Made by a program: the position numbers and the translations under genes
Notes under the pieces: generated by a model
The model's database searches: none
The model's input: the letters and a program-made list of their open reading frames with translations, nothing else
What the model was told of the DNA's origin: nothing
IMG/VR virus record: IMGVR_UViG_3300031787_007614
Span: 1 to 64,000 of that record
DNA: 64,000 nt
Direction: 5' to 3' (one strand)
Shown: one piece after another, positions 45,154-54,030 of the stretch
How the letters are laid out: each line of letters begins with the position of its first letter
How positions within the stretch are numbered: position 1 is the stretch's first letter

Positions 45154-45227
45154 GCTCGTTTTGGATCATTGGGTAGCGAATCCAATGACCCGGGCAGAAG
45201 CCGCCCACTCGGTCCTAAGGCCAGAGT
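45154..45227 (-). ncRNA. Structured intergenic RNA with three stems and a pseudoknot
   Basis: ACTC-TGG/CC-GAGT, GGGCGG/CTGCCC, GGGTCATTGG/CCAATGATCC with loop TTCG pairing to 3' CGAG. Confidence 0.5.
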
Positions 45228-45229
45228 TC

Positions 45230-46762
45230 TTATGTACGACGGATTTGTTTGATTAGGTGGCGGCTTGGATCAAAGTTTTTGCTCCAAGTCAAAGTTTCTG
45301 CAACAATCTTCTCTCTTAGTTTTTTCTTTTTAGTCTTTGTGGGCAGAGTTTTTGTTTGCTTTGTAGGCAGTTTGACCTTGCGACCTGTGTATCCAGGAAC
45401 CTTGCCGGCTGCTCCTGAGCCAGAGGCGTCTGCTGGAGCAGGTGCGGGTGGTCTACTAGCTCTTTTTGCTATCTCAGCATCAAGAACTGCTTTCATTTTT
45501 GGATGTAAATCTGTTCTTGCGGCAAATCTGGATAATACTTCATCAGGTCCTTTCTGAACATCTCTAACTAAATTAGCTATTTGAACATCACTTGGTTCAT
45601 GTGCTGTCGCTCCTGGTGCTGGCGCTGGTGCTGGAGCAGGCTCTGCTGCTGTGACTCCCAGTTGATTTACAAAACTCAACAATGCTTTGGCATCTTCTAC
45701 TGACAGATTGGCCAATTCAACTTGTATATCGTCCCAGCTCAATTCGCCTTGCCCTACATACTTGGTACCAGCTTGTTTGCCTTTAGCGTATGCTTGTGAC
45801 ATTCCAGTGAATGCACCTCTTGTGGCACCAGCAGCAGTTGAAAGCGCACGTGGTGTTGCAGCAATTGCTGAACCTGTGGTTTTTAGAGCTTGTTTGCCCA
45901 TGTCGTATGCTTGGCTCATTCTGCTTTTGTTTGGTACCACAGGTGCGACTGTAGGAGGCAAACGTTCTTCCAATGCACCAGCGGCCTTTTTAGACAATAT
46001 CTGTTTGACTATTTCCAACTGCTTGGCGTCAAGAGCTTGAATGGATTGCACTAGAGGTTTGTTTTGCATCACTTGTGATGCGGCAATTTTGGCATACAAC
46101 GGATCGCTTGGAGAAATCTTTTGTCCACCAATGCTGACTGTTTCAGGCTTGCCACCAGTTGGGGTTCCTGCAATTGCTGATCCCAATGCACCGGTTGCGG
46201 GTTCTGCAGTAGGTTCTGTGCCAGCATCACCAGCAGGTGTTGATGACAGTGCTTCAAGTTCTTTGTTTAGCGCATTGCGTCTTGTTTTGTAGGCTGCATC
46301 TAAATTGCGCAGTTCTGTTTTGACTGTGTCAGCATCTCGTGTGGCTGCTGCGCCACCGCCACCGCCAGAAGCAGCAGGTGCAGGTGTTGCTGTTGCACTA
46401 CCACCTGACGGCCCAGAAAAATCACTAGGCACATAGGGCTTGCCGGTACGAGGATTAATCGTATTAGATCCAATTGGCATTTCTGCTTTACCGCCGGCCT
46501 TGGCGCCAGATGTGTCACCATAGGCTGCGCCGGGCACTGTGCTGCCAGCATCATCTTCGCCACCAATGCCTTTTACTGATCCACGATAACCTTTTTTAAT
46601 TGCTCGACCCAGGCCTTGCGGAATACCTGCCACAGCGCCTGCTGTTTTACCAATGCCGCCGACAAGGCCGCCAATGCCTCGACCAACCTGGTCCAGGCTA
46701 ATTTCGTCAAGCTGTTGCTCGTTGATTGTGGTAGTTGGTTTGATTAGATCAGTGTATATCAT
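45230..46762 (-). CDS. Gly/Ala/Pro-rich putative internal virion protein
   Basis: Low complexity, LDE/LEE/LRE motifs. Confidence 0.7.
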   Translation of the reverse strand: MIYTDLIKPTTTINEQQLDEISLDQVGRGIGGLVGGIGKTAGAVAGIPQGLGRAIKKGYRGSVKGIGGEDDAGSTVPGAAYGDTSGAKAGGKAEMPIGSNTINPRTGKPYVPSDFSGPSGGSATATPAPAASGGGGGAAATRDADTVKTELRNLDAAYKTRRNALNKELEALSSTPAGDAGTEPTAEPATGALGSAIAGTPTGGKPETVSIGGQKISPSDPLYAKIAASQVMQNKPLVQSIQALDAKQLEIVKQILSKKAAGALEERLPPTVAPVVPNKSRMSQAYDMGKQALKTTGSAIAATPRALSTAAGATRGAFTGMSQAYAKGKQAGTKYVGQGELSWDDIQVELANLSVEDAKALLSFVNQLGVTAAEPAPAPAPAPGATAHEPSDVQIANLVRDVQKGPDEVLSRFAARTDLHPKMKAVLDAEIAKRASRPPAPAPADASGSGAAGKVPGYTGRKVKLPTKQTKTLPTKTKKKKLREKIVAETLTWSKNFDPSRHLIKQIRRT

Positions 46763-46763
46763 T

Positions 46764-47489
46764 TTAGCGTTCATCCAAATAATCTTGTTGGCTTGTTTGT
46801 TGAGCCTGTTGTTTCATTGCTCTGCGTTTTTGAAACAACTTTACTGCCATGTCAGCATGGTCTAGGTTTTTAAATTTGCTGGGCATGGATCTATTACCTT
46901 GCCGCAGTTCAAATCCATCCTTTTCGTTGCCATAACATTCAAAGGTAACACCATATTCCATGGCGTAACTTTTTACCGGAGCAGATGATGTTTCTGACAT
47001 GTCATTGATAGGCTGTTGTGGGTTGCCTAGCTGAGTGTCTACTTTGTCCTCGATGCCATGCACTGTGCTGGGATCTGTCAACTCGTAGTCATCTTCTTCA
47101 ATTTCTTCTTCGGCTTGACCTTTTTCCACAGCGTCAACTGCTTTGTCTTTGAGTTCACGATCAACTCGAACTTTTTGTTCCAACTGATCAAGATATTGTG
47201 TAAGGTCCTTCTTGACCTTGCTCAACATATCTTCTTCAACTTCTTGCATGGCTTCTTCTAGTGCGGATTTTCTGGGCTCTACAGAATCACCCACCATGTA
47301 TCCATCCATTGGATGTGCTGGATCTTTTTTGGCACGCAACGCAGGACTGGCTGATTTAGGCTTGAACAGCGCAGGCAACTGTGGCACACCTTTTTGTTGT
47401 GTGTTAAGCCCATGCTTGACGCCTACTGGCGTAAGTTTACCTTCTACCGCCGCAAGGCGTTCCAGTATTGATCTAATGTCCGAACTCAT
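46764..47489 (-). CDS. Hypothetical acidic protein
   Basis: 241 aa, operon-coupled. Confidence 0.7.
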   Translation of the reverse strand: MSSDIRSILERLAAVEGKLTPVGVKHGLNTQQKGVPQLPALFKPKSASPALRAKKDPAHPMDGYMVGDSVEPRKSALEEAMQEVEEDMLSKVKKDLTQYLDQLEQKVRVDRELKDKAVDAVEKGQAEEEIEEDDYELTDPSTVHGIEDKVDTQLGNPQQPINDMSETSSAPVKSYAMEYGVTFECYGNEKDGFELRQGNRSMPSKFKNLDHADMAVKLFQKRRAMKQQAQQTSQQDYLDER

Positions 47490-47926
47490 GCTCTTTCTTC
47501 TTTCAGGTAACTTCTCAGCATCCAGCCATGCTTTTGATGAGCATCGATGCGTTCAGCAATGAAGTTAGCAATACCTTGTTGGTTTTCTTCAGTTGCTACT
47601 TGGAAGACTTGATTGAGAAGATCCAACATTTGGCCGTTGTTGGCCAAGAGTTCTTCTAGCATGAGTCGGGCACGTGGAATTTTTGTTTGGCCCTGTATTT
47701 TTGTTAATTCTACAAATCGTTCAAAACTACCAGGAGCATAGTCGCCCAGGGCACGTATGTATTCTGCTGTGGGATCTGTAGCACCATAAACATCGTCATG
47801 GATTGCGTCAAAGAAAGCGTGAAGCTGGCCAAAGTCTGGGCCTTCAACGTTCCAGTGGAACTGTTTGGCTTTGAGAGCAAAAGCCTCCTCAGTTGCCAGG
47901 AGTGTTTTTAAAGCGTCCGCTAACAT
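47486..47926 (-). CDS. dps: Dps/ferritin-like protein
   Basis: HWNV.G..F..LH, D..AE, K..WML. Confidence 0.92.
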   Translation of the reverse strand: MLADALKTLLATEEAFALKAKQFHWNVEGPDFGQLHAFFDAIHDDVYGATDPTAEYIRALGDYAPGSFERFVELTKIQGQTKIPRARLMLEELLANNGQMLDLLNQVFQVATEENQQGIANFIAERIDAHQKHGWMLRSYLKEERA

Positions 47927-48101
47927 TCTTATTCCTTTTGTATTCCTTGGGCGTGTTAGGCGTAGGATCAGTTGTATATTTACCACTCAACAAGGATCCG
48001 CCTGATCTTGACACCATGCCTAAGGCCTGGCTCACAGGTGCTATACTACCAGCACTGGTGCCGCCCACTGACGCATTTTCCATGATTTCTTGAATTTTCA
48101 T
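47889..48101 (-). CDS. Hypothetical protein (MKI.EI N-terminus)
   Basis: MKIQEIMEN..G.TSAG.IA. Confidence 0.65.
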   Translation of the reverse strand: MKIQEIMENASVGGTSAGSIAPVSQALGMVSRSGGSLLSGKYTTDPTPNTPKEYKRNKNVSGRFKNTPGN

Positions 48102-48385
48102 TATAGTATTTCCAACTCGCCGCCGCTGTCTATCATGCCCGGGCCATCAACCACACGCCAATTCAGCTGCTGTATTGACGCTAATGTTCCAGGCAATAAT
48201 TCATAGCGCAACTTGTACTTACCTGGTTCTGCGGCAATTTGAAAAGACTCTTCCAAATGCTGATCACGCCAAACCCAGGTGCGTTCGGTAAACAATTCAT
48301 TATTGACATAAGCTCGGTAGGTTGGAGGGTCAGTCCAACCTTGGCAATAAACTTCGCAAATTACCTTGACAAACTTTTTGTTCAT
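48101..48385 (-). CDS. Hypothetical protein
   Basis: YR.YVN.EL..ERTW; ATAAATA at 48391-48397. Confidence 0.7.
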   Translation of the reverse strand: MNKKFVKVICEVYCQGWTDPPTYRAYVNNELFTERTWVWRDQHLEESFQIAAEPGKYKLRYELLPGTLASIQQLNWRVVDGPGMIDSGGELEIL

Positions 48386-48422
48386 AAAGATATTTATCAT
48401 TAAGTGGGTCTATAAATATTGC

Positions 48423-49469
48423 ATGCTAAAATTGAATGATATACGCAAAGTGCATGTGGAATTGACCACTAGATGCAATGCCAGATGCCCCATGTGCATG
48501 AGAAACTATCGAGGGTATGATTACAATAGTGGATATCCGCTGTGTGAACTCAGTGTTGGAGATTTCAAGAAAATTCTAACTCCTAACGTTTTAGCACAAC
48601 TAATTCAGCCCGATCCGCCCATTGGAGATCGTGTGCCAATCATATATGAATTTAGAGGTGTGGCATTCAATGGAAATCTGGGTGATTTTGCTTCTGCACG
48701 TGATGCTGTTGAAATAGTAGAATACCTGGTAGAGCATCAGGTACCTGTTATTATCAATACCAATGGTTCTGTGCGCAGTCCAGAATGGTGGGCAAGACTG
48801 GCTCTACCCAAAGTTACAGTGGGTTTTGCCATTGATGGCCTAGCAGACACGCATCATTTGTATCGCCAAGACACAGACTGGCATAGAATAATTTCACATG
48901 CTCAAGCACTGATCAACGCTGGTGGACAAGCTGTATGGAGGTTTGTGCCGTTTGATCATAACCGTCATCAGGAACAGGCCTGCAGAGATATGGCTGCCCA
49001 AATGGGCTTTGCAAAGTTTGAAAATATCTATGATGGAAGAGATCGCACGTCGGTATACAATCGAGACGGCACATTCAGTCACAAGATTGGTCCAGACCCT
49101 GGCGGTCTTACCAATCAAACAGTGCATCCTTTTTTGGAAAGTCATATCACTTGGTACGATGCCAAAACAATCACACATCACAAAGATACTCCTGTGCTAG
49201 ACATGCAGTGTCATCACAAACGCAATCGAGAAATATACATAGCTGCCGACGGCTCTGTTTATCCCTGCTGCTTTTTGGGGTTTTATCCGCATACCATGAA
49301 TCATCCCGGCAATCAAGAACTGGCTCCATTAGTAACAGAAAACAATGCATTGGAATATCCTCTTGAACACTGTCTTGAATGGTTTGAACGTGTGGAACAA
49401 ACCTGGAATGAGTCTAGCATTGCGGCTGGCAGAACTTATCAATGTGTAGTAACTTGTAATCGAACATGA
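48423..49469 (+). CDS. Radical SAM protein with SPASM/twitch domain
   Basis: CNARCPMC, TNGS, G.V.PCC, C...C; TATAAATA at 48411-48418. Confidence 0.88.
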   Translation: MLKLNDIRKVHVELTTRCNARCPMCMRNYRGYDYNSGYPLCELSVGDFKKILTPNVLAQLIQPDPPIGDRVPIIYEFRGVAFNGNLGDFASARDAVEIVEYLVEHQVPVIINTNGSVRSPEWWARLALPKVTVGFAIDGLADTHHLYRQDTDWHRIISHAQALINAGGQAVWRFVPFDHNRHQEQACRDMAAQMGFAKFENIYDGRDRTSVYNRDGTFSHKIGPDPGGLTNQTVHPFLESHITWYDAKTITHHKDTPVLDMQCHHKRNREIYIAADGSVYPCCFLGFYPHTMNHPGNQELAPLVTENNALEYPLEHCLEWFERVEQTWNESSIAAGRTYQCVVTCNRT

Positions 49470-49512
49470 ATAAAGATCTACAACAATTCATGAATCAAAT
49501 TGTCAACTTGTT

Positions 49513-50382
49513 ATGACTGTAGCAAGAGTATTGTTCCTAGCAAGATATCGTGTGCCACATGCATGTTTTGCCATGCAGTGGGACCATAATTTACTGGGCA
49601 TAGATTACACCATAATAGCTTCGCCAGTGCCACAGCATGAACTATGGCCAGTGTTTGAACGCTATGGTATTGATACTTCACAGCTAAAGTACATGAATGA
49701 CAGTGTGATATACCAACGCTATCCTGAAGTCAACAACTGGGTGTTTGACCATGACTATCGGGGCTGGTGGTTGCGACAACAAGCAATCAAACTGGCCTAC
49801 CGAGACCTGTTGGAAGAAGATGTCATACTCATGCATGACTGTGACACTTTTATGATTGAACCTTATAGATGCTGGGATGGTGAACAACTGAATTATCTTG
49901 TGATACCTGACACCAAGCACGGCAGTTATCATGGGGTATTTGAAAGCATTACTGGATTGCCAGAGGCCAGCCCGCATTGTTTTGTGTCAGAGCTTGTGCC
50001 TGTACTGCGCACACACTGGCTTGAATTGCGCAAACTGCTGGCCCAACGTTGGCCCAACAAACTGTGGCTGGACGCTATTATTGACGCTGTTCCTGGCATG
50101 CCCACAATACCTCCCTGGGGCACAGGCGAAATAATCAAATGGTTTTCAGAATATGAATTGATAGGAAACTGGGCAGCATGTTGTGATCCCATCAACTACA
50201 CTTTTCAGAAACGTTTTGAATACAATCAATTGGAGCTGTTGTCTACATTGAATGCCAAAGAGTTCAATGCAGTATGTGATGCTGTGCCGGACCTAAGTCA
50301 AAGCATGCAACTTGATTGGGACACATTGGACATACCTAATTTTGAACATTATCAACACATGGTGAAGCAATGTACACAATAA
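49513..50382 (+). CDS. GT-A-like protein (DUF6492-like), paralog 1
   Basis: W..QQ.IKL, DCD, SEY.L. Confidence 0.65.
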   Translation: MTVARVLFLARYRVPHACFAMQWDHNLLGIDYTIIASPVPQHELWPVFERYGIDTSQLKYMNDSVIYQRYPEVNNWVFDHDYRGWWLRQQAIKLAYRDLLEEDVILMHDCDTFMIEPYRCWDGEQLNYLVIPDTKHGSYHGVFESITGLPEASPHCFVSELVPVLRTHWLELRKLLAQRWPNKLWLDAIIDAVPGMPTIPPWGTGEIIKWFSEYELIGNWAACCDPINYTFQKRFEYNQLELLSTLNAKEFNAVCDAVPDLSQSMQLDWDTLDIPNFEHYQHMVKQCTQ

Positions 50383-51497
50383 CATACCCAGCAAAGTTCC
50401 GATATCCTGTGTATCAACCTGCATCACAAAGTATTGATGTCACAGCTGATTGGGGTCTGGGCAGATTTGAAACTACCAACGATCCTGCACTGGCGCTGAG
50501 TCAACCGTGGTCTGTAGCAGCATTTCGTGTGCTGTGCAACGAGCCCGGCGTGTTTGATTATGATCCAGCACTGGCTGACATGGATCTCAGTCAGTTTGAT
50601 TTGGTACTGCTGAGTGACATTGAATACTACAGTGTTAAAGAAATACGTGCCTGGATTGAAAAAAACAAAATTCAACGTTATGTGTTGGCAGTAGGCGGTC
50701 TTGTGCAAGGAGAAGAATTGGATCAATCCTGCATGGTGTATCGCCCTTGGTGGGCTTACAATCTCTTGCGACACAACGAATACCAAGACACCTACCAAGA
50801 TCAAAAACCCTACATGTTTGAAGCACTGTTAGGAGCACGTAGACCGCACCGTGACTATGTGATGATGGCCATGGACAAAACTGGGCTGTTGGATCGTAGC
50901 ATTGTGACCTACAGAGATTGCTTTGAAGGCAAATTGATTGACAGAAACTGTGATCAATTTCAGCAGACTTTTTATGACACTCCGCTAAAGTGGCCTTACG
51001 TGAGTGCAAACTTAAATCCTGCATGGGAAGTCACGGACAACATCACTCGCAGTATCAGTCCATATGTGCCCTGGAACATCTATCAACGCAGTCATTACAG
51101 CATTGTGTGTGAAACACTGGGCACTGGCACAACATTTTTCTGGAGTGAAAAAGTTACCAAGTGTTTGTTAGCCAGAAGAATTTTTGTGTTTTTTGGCGCA
51201 CAAGGATTTCTTGCTCGCATGCGCGAACTAGGGTTTGAAACATTTAGCAGTATCCTTGACGAAAGCTACGATGAACATCCTGTGGACAGCATACGATTTG
51301 AACGGGCCATGCATCAGGTATTGCAGTTGGCATATTTTGAAAATCCCAAAGTGTTGTATGAACGCATACAAGCCATACTGGATCACAACCAAGCTAGATT
51401 GCGCAGTTACCAGATTCAGTTTCAAGCCACAATGTCTGATCTACTGCATCAACACATTGAAGGTGGCCATTGGTTATGGGATGACGAAGTGGGTTGA
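50370..51497 (+). CDS. Putative glycosyltransferase, GT10-like paralog 4
   Basis: SIVCET....WSEK..K......LGFETF...DESYD. Confidence 0.6.
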   Translation: MYTITYPAKFRYPVYQPASQSIDVTADWGLGRFETTNDPALALSQPWSVAAFRVLCNEPGVFDYDPALADMDLSQFDLVLLSDIEYYSVKEIRAWIEKNKIQRYVLAVGGLVQGEELDQSCMVYRPWWAYNLLRHNEYQDTYQDQKPYMFEALLGARRPHRDYVMMAMDKTGLLDRSIVTYRDCFEGKLIDRNCDQFQQTFYDTPLKWPYVSANLNPAWEVTDNITRSISPYVPWNIYQRSHYSIVCETLGTGTTFFWSEKVTKCLLARRIFVFFGAQGFLARMRELGFETFSSILDESYDEHPVDSIRFERAMHQVLQLAYFENPKVLYERIQAILDHNQARLRSYQIQFQATMSDLLHQHIEGGHWLWDDEVG

Positions 51498-52289
51498 AAT
51501 GTGCTGATAGAAGTTTTCAGCAATTTTTTCCTGTCCTTCGGGACCAGAATGATATCCAGGGTCGTCTCCTGAAAATGGGTAACTGCCACATATGGCTTGA
51601 GGACTTTTAGTTGTGTCCAATTGTATGTAGTGATCAGGGATAAGTTTAGGAAACGCATCACGCCATAAGGTATGATTGTCAGGATCGAATGGCCACAGCA
51701 AGTTGGGTAGCACTAAAAACTTGATGTCATCCAAGAACATGGTAATCACACCTTCTCGGATCATCCACTCGTCCTGTTGCTTTTTCCAAGCATTGTCATA
51801 GATTGAATCAATCCAGTGACGTATGCCGTTCTGCGCTTGTTTGGTAATGCGGCCCTGTCTGTACGGATGATCAAAGTTTTCTGCAAGAGTAAAAATAGTT
51901 TCGCAGATCATGTTTGATGGCTCCCGACCATAATTTACATTGCGTATGCCATCTTGTCTGTTGTAGCCATTGCCCAGTTTTCTATTTTGTAGGTGTCGTT
52001 CTAGTGGAGGATTTTCCCCGGCGCTGGGTGCCTGTGACCAATCATATGGCACAGAGTTTGCAGGTATTTCCATACGATCCCAGAAGGTAGGACCAATCAC
52101 AGCAAAGTCTGGACGCTGTCTGCGTATCTCGTCTATTTGTATACGGATGCCGCCGTTTGAACAACCTTGGCGTGCTAGGTTAACCAACTCCCAGCCACCT
52201 AGTTTTTCGGCCAAGCGTTCACTCCAAGCAGTGCCTGGCAAAGTTTGACTCACTGCCGAAAACGAGCAGCCTGCTACCATTAATTTCAT
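51474..52289 (-). CDS. SGNH/GDSL-like protein, paralog 5
   Basis: AGCSFS, NLA..G.SN, YH...G. Confidence 0.65.
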   Translation of the reverse strand: MKLMVAGCSFSAVSQTLPGTAWSERLAEKLGGWELVNLARQGCSNGGIRIQIDEIRRQRPDFAVIGPTFWDRMEIPANSVPYDWSQAPSAGENPPLERHLQNRKLGNGYNRQDGIRNVNYGREPSNMICETIFTLAENFDHPYRQGRITKQAQNGIRHWIDSIYDNAWKKQQDEWMIREGVITMFLDDIKFLVLPNLLWPFDPDNHTLWRDAFPKLIPDHYIQLDTTKSPQAICGSYPFSGDDPGYHSGPEGQEKIAENFYQHISTHFVIP

Positions 52290-52798
52290 AGTGTTTCCTT
52301 GTAACTGTTTCGGTGTTCTTCGCTGTGAAAACTAGCAATAATTTCTTTGTGCATGGGCAATTCGTCTAAGTTGTATGTGCCAGGTGGAATTGTATGTGTA
52401 ACTCCTTCACCAGGCCGTGCAAAAGTTACCAGTCTAGGATGCCACTGCACTGCACGATGTACCAGCACATGATGTATGTGTCCATAGTCTCCTAGTTCGT
52501 CATGGGTGAGCACTAGATCATAATCACGAGCAAGGTGCCAGCAGGCACGGTCGGCAGATTCTTCAGCCCAGCGTGTGAATACTTTTTGCTCGTTGTCATG
52601 CCAGTGGTCTTCAAAGCCCAAAAACACACAGTCGATTCCCCGACGTTTCCAAAACGCCAAAAGTTCTTGGCCTCGGGGATCATGCTCAGTGTACGTTAAA
52701 TAGCCAATGGTCCATTTGTGCTCAGGGTGCGCATGAATATAACTGTAACCAAATATCACACAGTCATCTGGATGCGCTACCATACACAATGCGTTCAT
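52286..52798 (-). CDS. PIG-L/LmbE-family deacetylase
   Basis: AHPDD, TH...G.YGH.HH. Confidence 0.85.
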   Translation of the reverse strand: MNALCMVAHPDDCVIFGYSYIHAHPEHKWTIGYLTYTEHDPRGQELLAFWKRRGIDCVFLGFEDHWHDNEQKVFTRWAEESADRACWHLARDYDLVLTHDELGDYGHIHHVLVHRAVQWHPRLVTFARPGEGVTHTIPPGTYNLDELPMHKEIIASFHSEEHRNSYKETL

Positions 52799-53640
52799 TC
52801 AAGTTCCCAAGCAGCAAAATGGCCGCGATCAATCAACAACATCTTAAATGCAGTTTTTTGTTCTGGTAACATTTTTGACCAAGCATTTCGATGAATACTC
52901 ACTGTGAGAGCATTTTTATCACGCATGAGTTCAAGTTTCTTATCAAACTGGTCAACTTCGCTATGACAAACATTTACCACACCGCCAAGTGTGTTTTGTT
53001 TGGTATAAAAATGATCCAAATGTCCATACTTGTATTGACAAAATCCTGAGTACAACATGAATTCTGTCAGCATGCCTTGGCGCTGAAACCATGTGGGAAA
53101 ACTTTCATGTGTTTTGATTGTGGTATCAGCAATCATAAAGCGTACAGTGTCATTGTGGAAGAAAAATGGCACACCGCCAGGGCCAGCTTGTTTGGTCATG
53201 TTGATGTCAAACAGCTGATCCACAATGTTCTTACTGGGTTTAAAAACATCAAATATATCCAATTGTCCCACAGTAAGCTGACCTTGTTCGTTAACCAATT
53301 TGGATATTTCCAAGGGTCTAACAAATATAGTCTTGGCGTCTAATACCATGGTGTAGACATTGTAACTTATAGACGCGGTGAGAAGTTTTAGAATCTGCTG
53401 GCTTACCCAGCCGTTTGCTATCCAAGCACTGCTGAATGCTGTGCGCGGCACTACCAAGACAGAGCTTGCTAGATCACCCCACCATGCTGGATCAATTTTT
53501 TCCGCTAGGGTTTCGTAATCATTGAGCACCACATAGATATTTCTTATGCCTATGTTGCGACAATAATTGTTTATGCTTTGTGCCTGAATTTTAAGGATCG
53601 GCAGTTCCTGTTCAAATACTACTGTGCAGATATCAATCAT
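52795..53640 (-). CDS. GT-A-like protein (DUF6492-like), paralog 2
   Basis: GW..QQ.LKL, LDAK, TEF.LY. Confidence 0.65.
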   Translation of the reverse strand: MIDICTVVFEQELPILKIQAQSINNYCRNIGIRNIYVVLNDYETLAEKIDPAWWGDLASSVLVVPRTAFSSAWIANGWVSQQILKLLTASISYNVYTMVLDAKTIFVRPLEISKLVNEQGQLTVGQLDIFDVFKPSKNIVDQLFDINMTKQAGPGGVPFFFHNDTVRFMIADTTIKTHESFPTWFQRQGMLTEFMLYSGFCQYKYGHLDHFYTKQNTLGGVVNVCHSEVDQFDKKLELMRDKNALTVSIHRNAWSKMLPEQKTAFKMLLIDRGHFAAWELE

Positions 53641-53673
53641 GCAGTTATGTATTTGGGTTTTGGGGTGGCCTAA

Positions 53674-54030
53674 TTATTTTCCTGCTGCAAACAGTGCGGC
53701 ACCGCGATTGAAACTGTCGCTCCAACTTGCAGGTTGTCGGCCACCGCGCTTTTGACTCCAGGCATATCCTGCTCTGTGACCAGAACAGTCTTTGGTGCAT
53801 TGTGAACCTAGAAAACTTAATTCACGCAGTTGCTCGCGGGTCCACTTGTCTGGAATTGTGCCGTGTTTTTTCACAAACTCGTCGTGCAGTTGTTTGCCAG
53901 TAATGCCGTAGTCACGAGCAATGGTTTGCATCATGTGATCAATTGCGCTGTAGCTCTTGGGATCATCTAGATCTTTTTCCAAATCTTCTACAGCGCCTTC
54001 TTTCAACTGTGCAAACTCGTATGCTCTCAT
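53674..54030 (-). CDS. Two-module putative internal virion protein
   Basis: MRAYEF start; LKE/LRE junctions; CT.DCSGH.AGY.W module. Confidence 0.7.
   Translation of the reverse strand: MRAYEFAQLKEGAVEDLEKDLDDPKSYSAIDHMMQTIARDYGITGKQLHDEFVKKHGTIPDKWTREQLRELSFLGSQCTKDCSGHRAGYAWSQKRGGRQPASWSDSFNRGAALFAAGK

Noticed and set aside
45380-46620. Tandem repeat array
   Set aside because: Only low-complexity Pro/Ala/Gly coding sequence.
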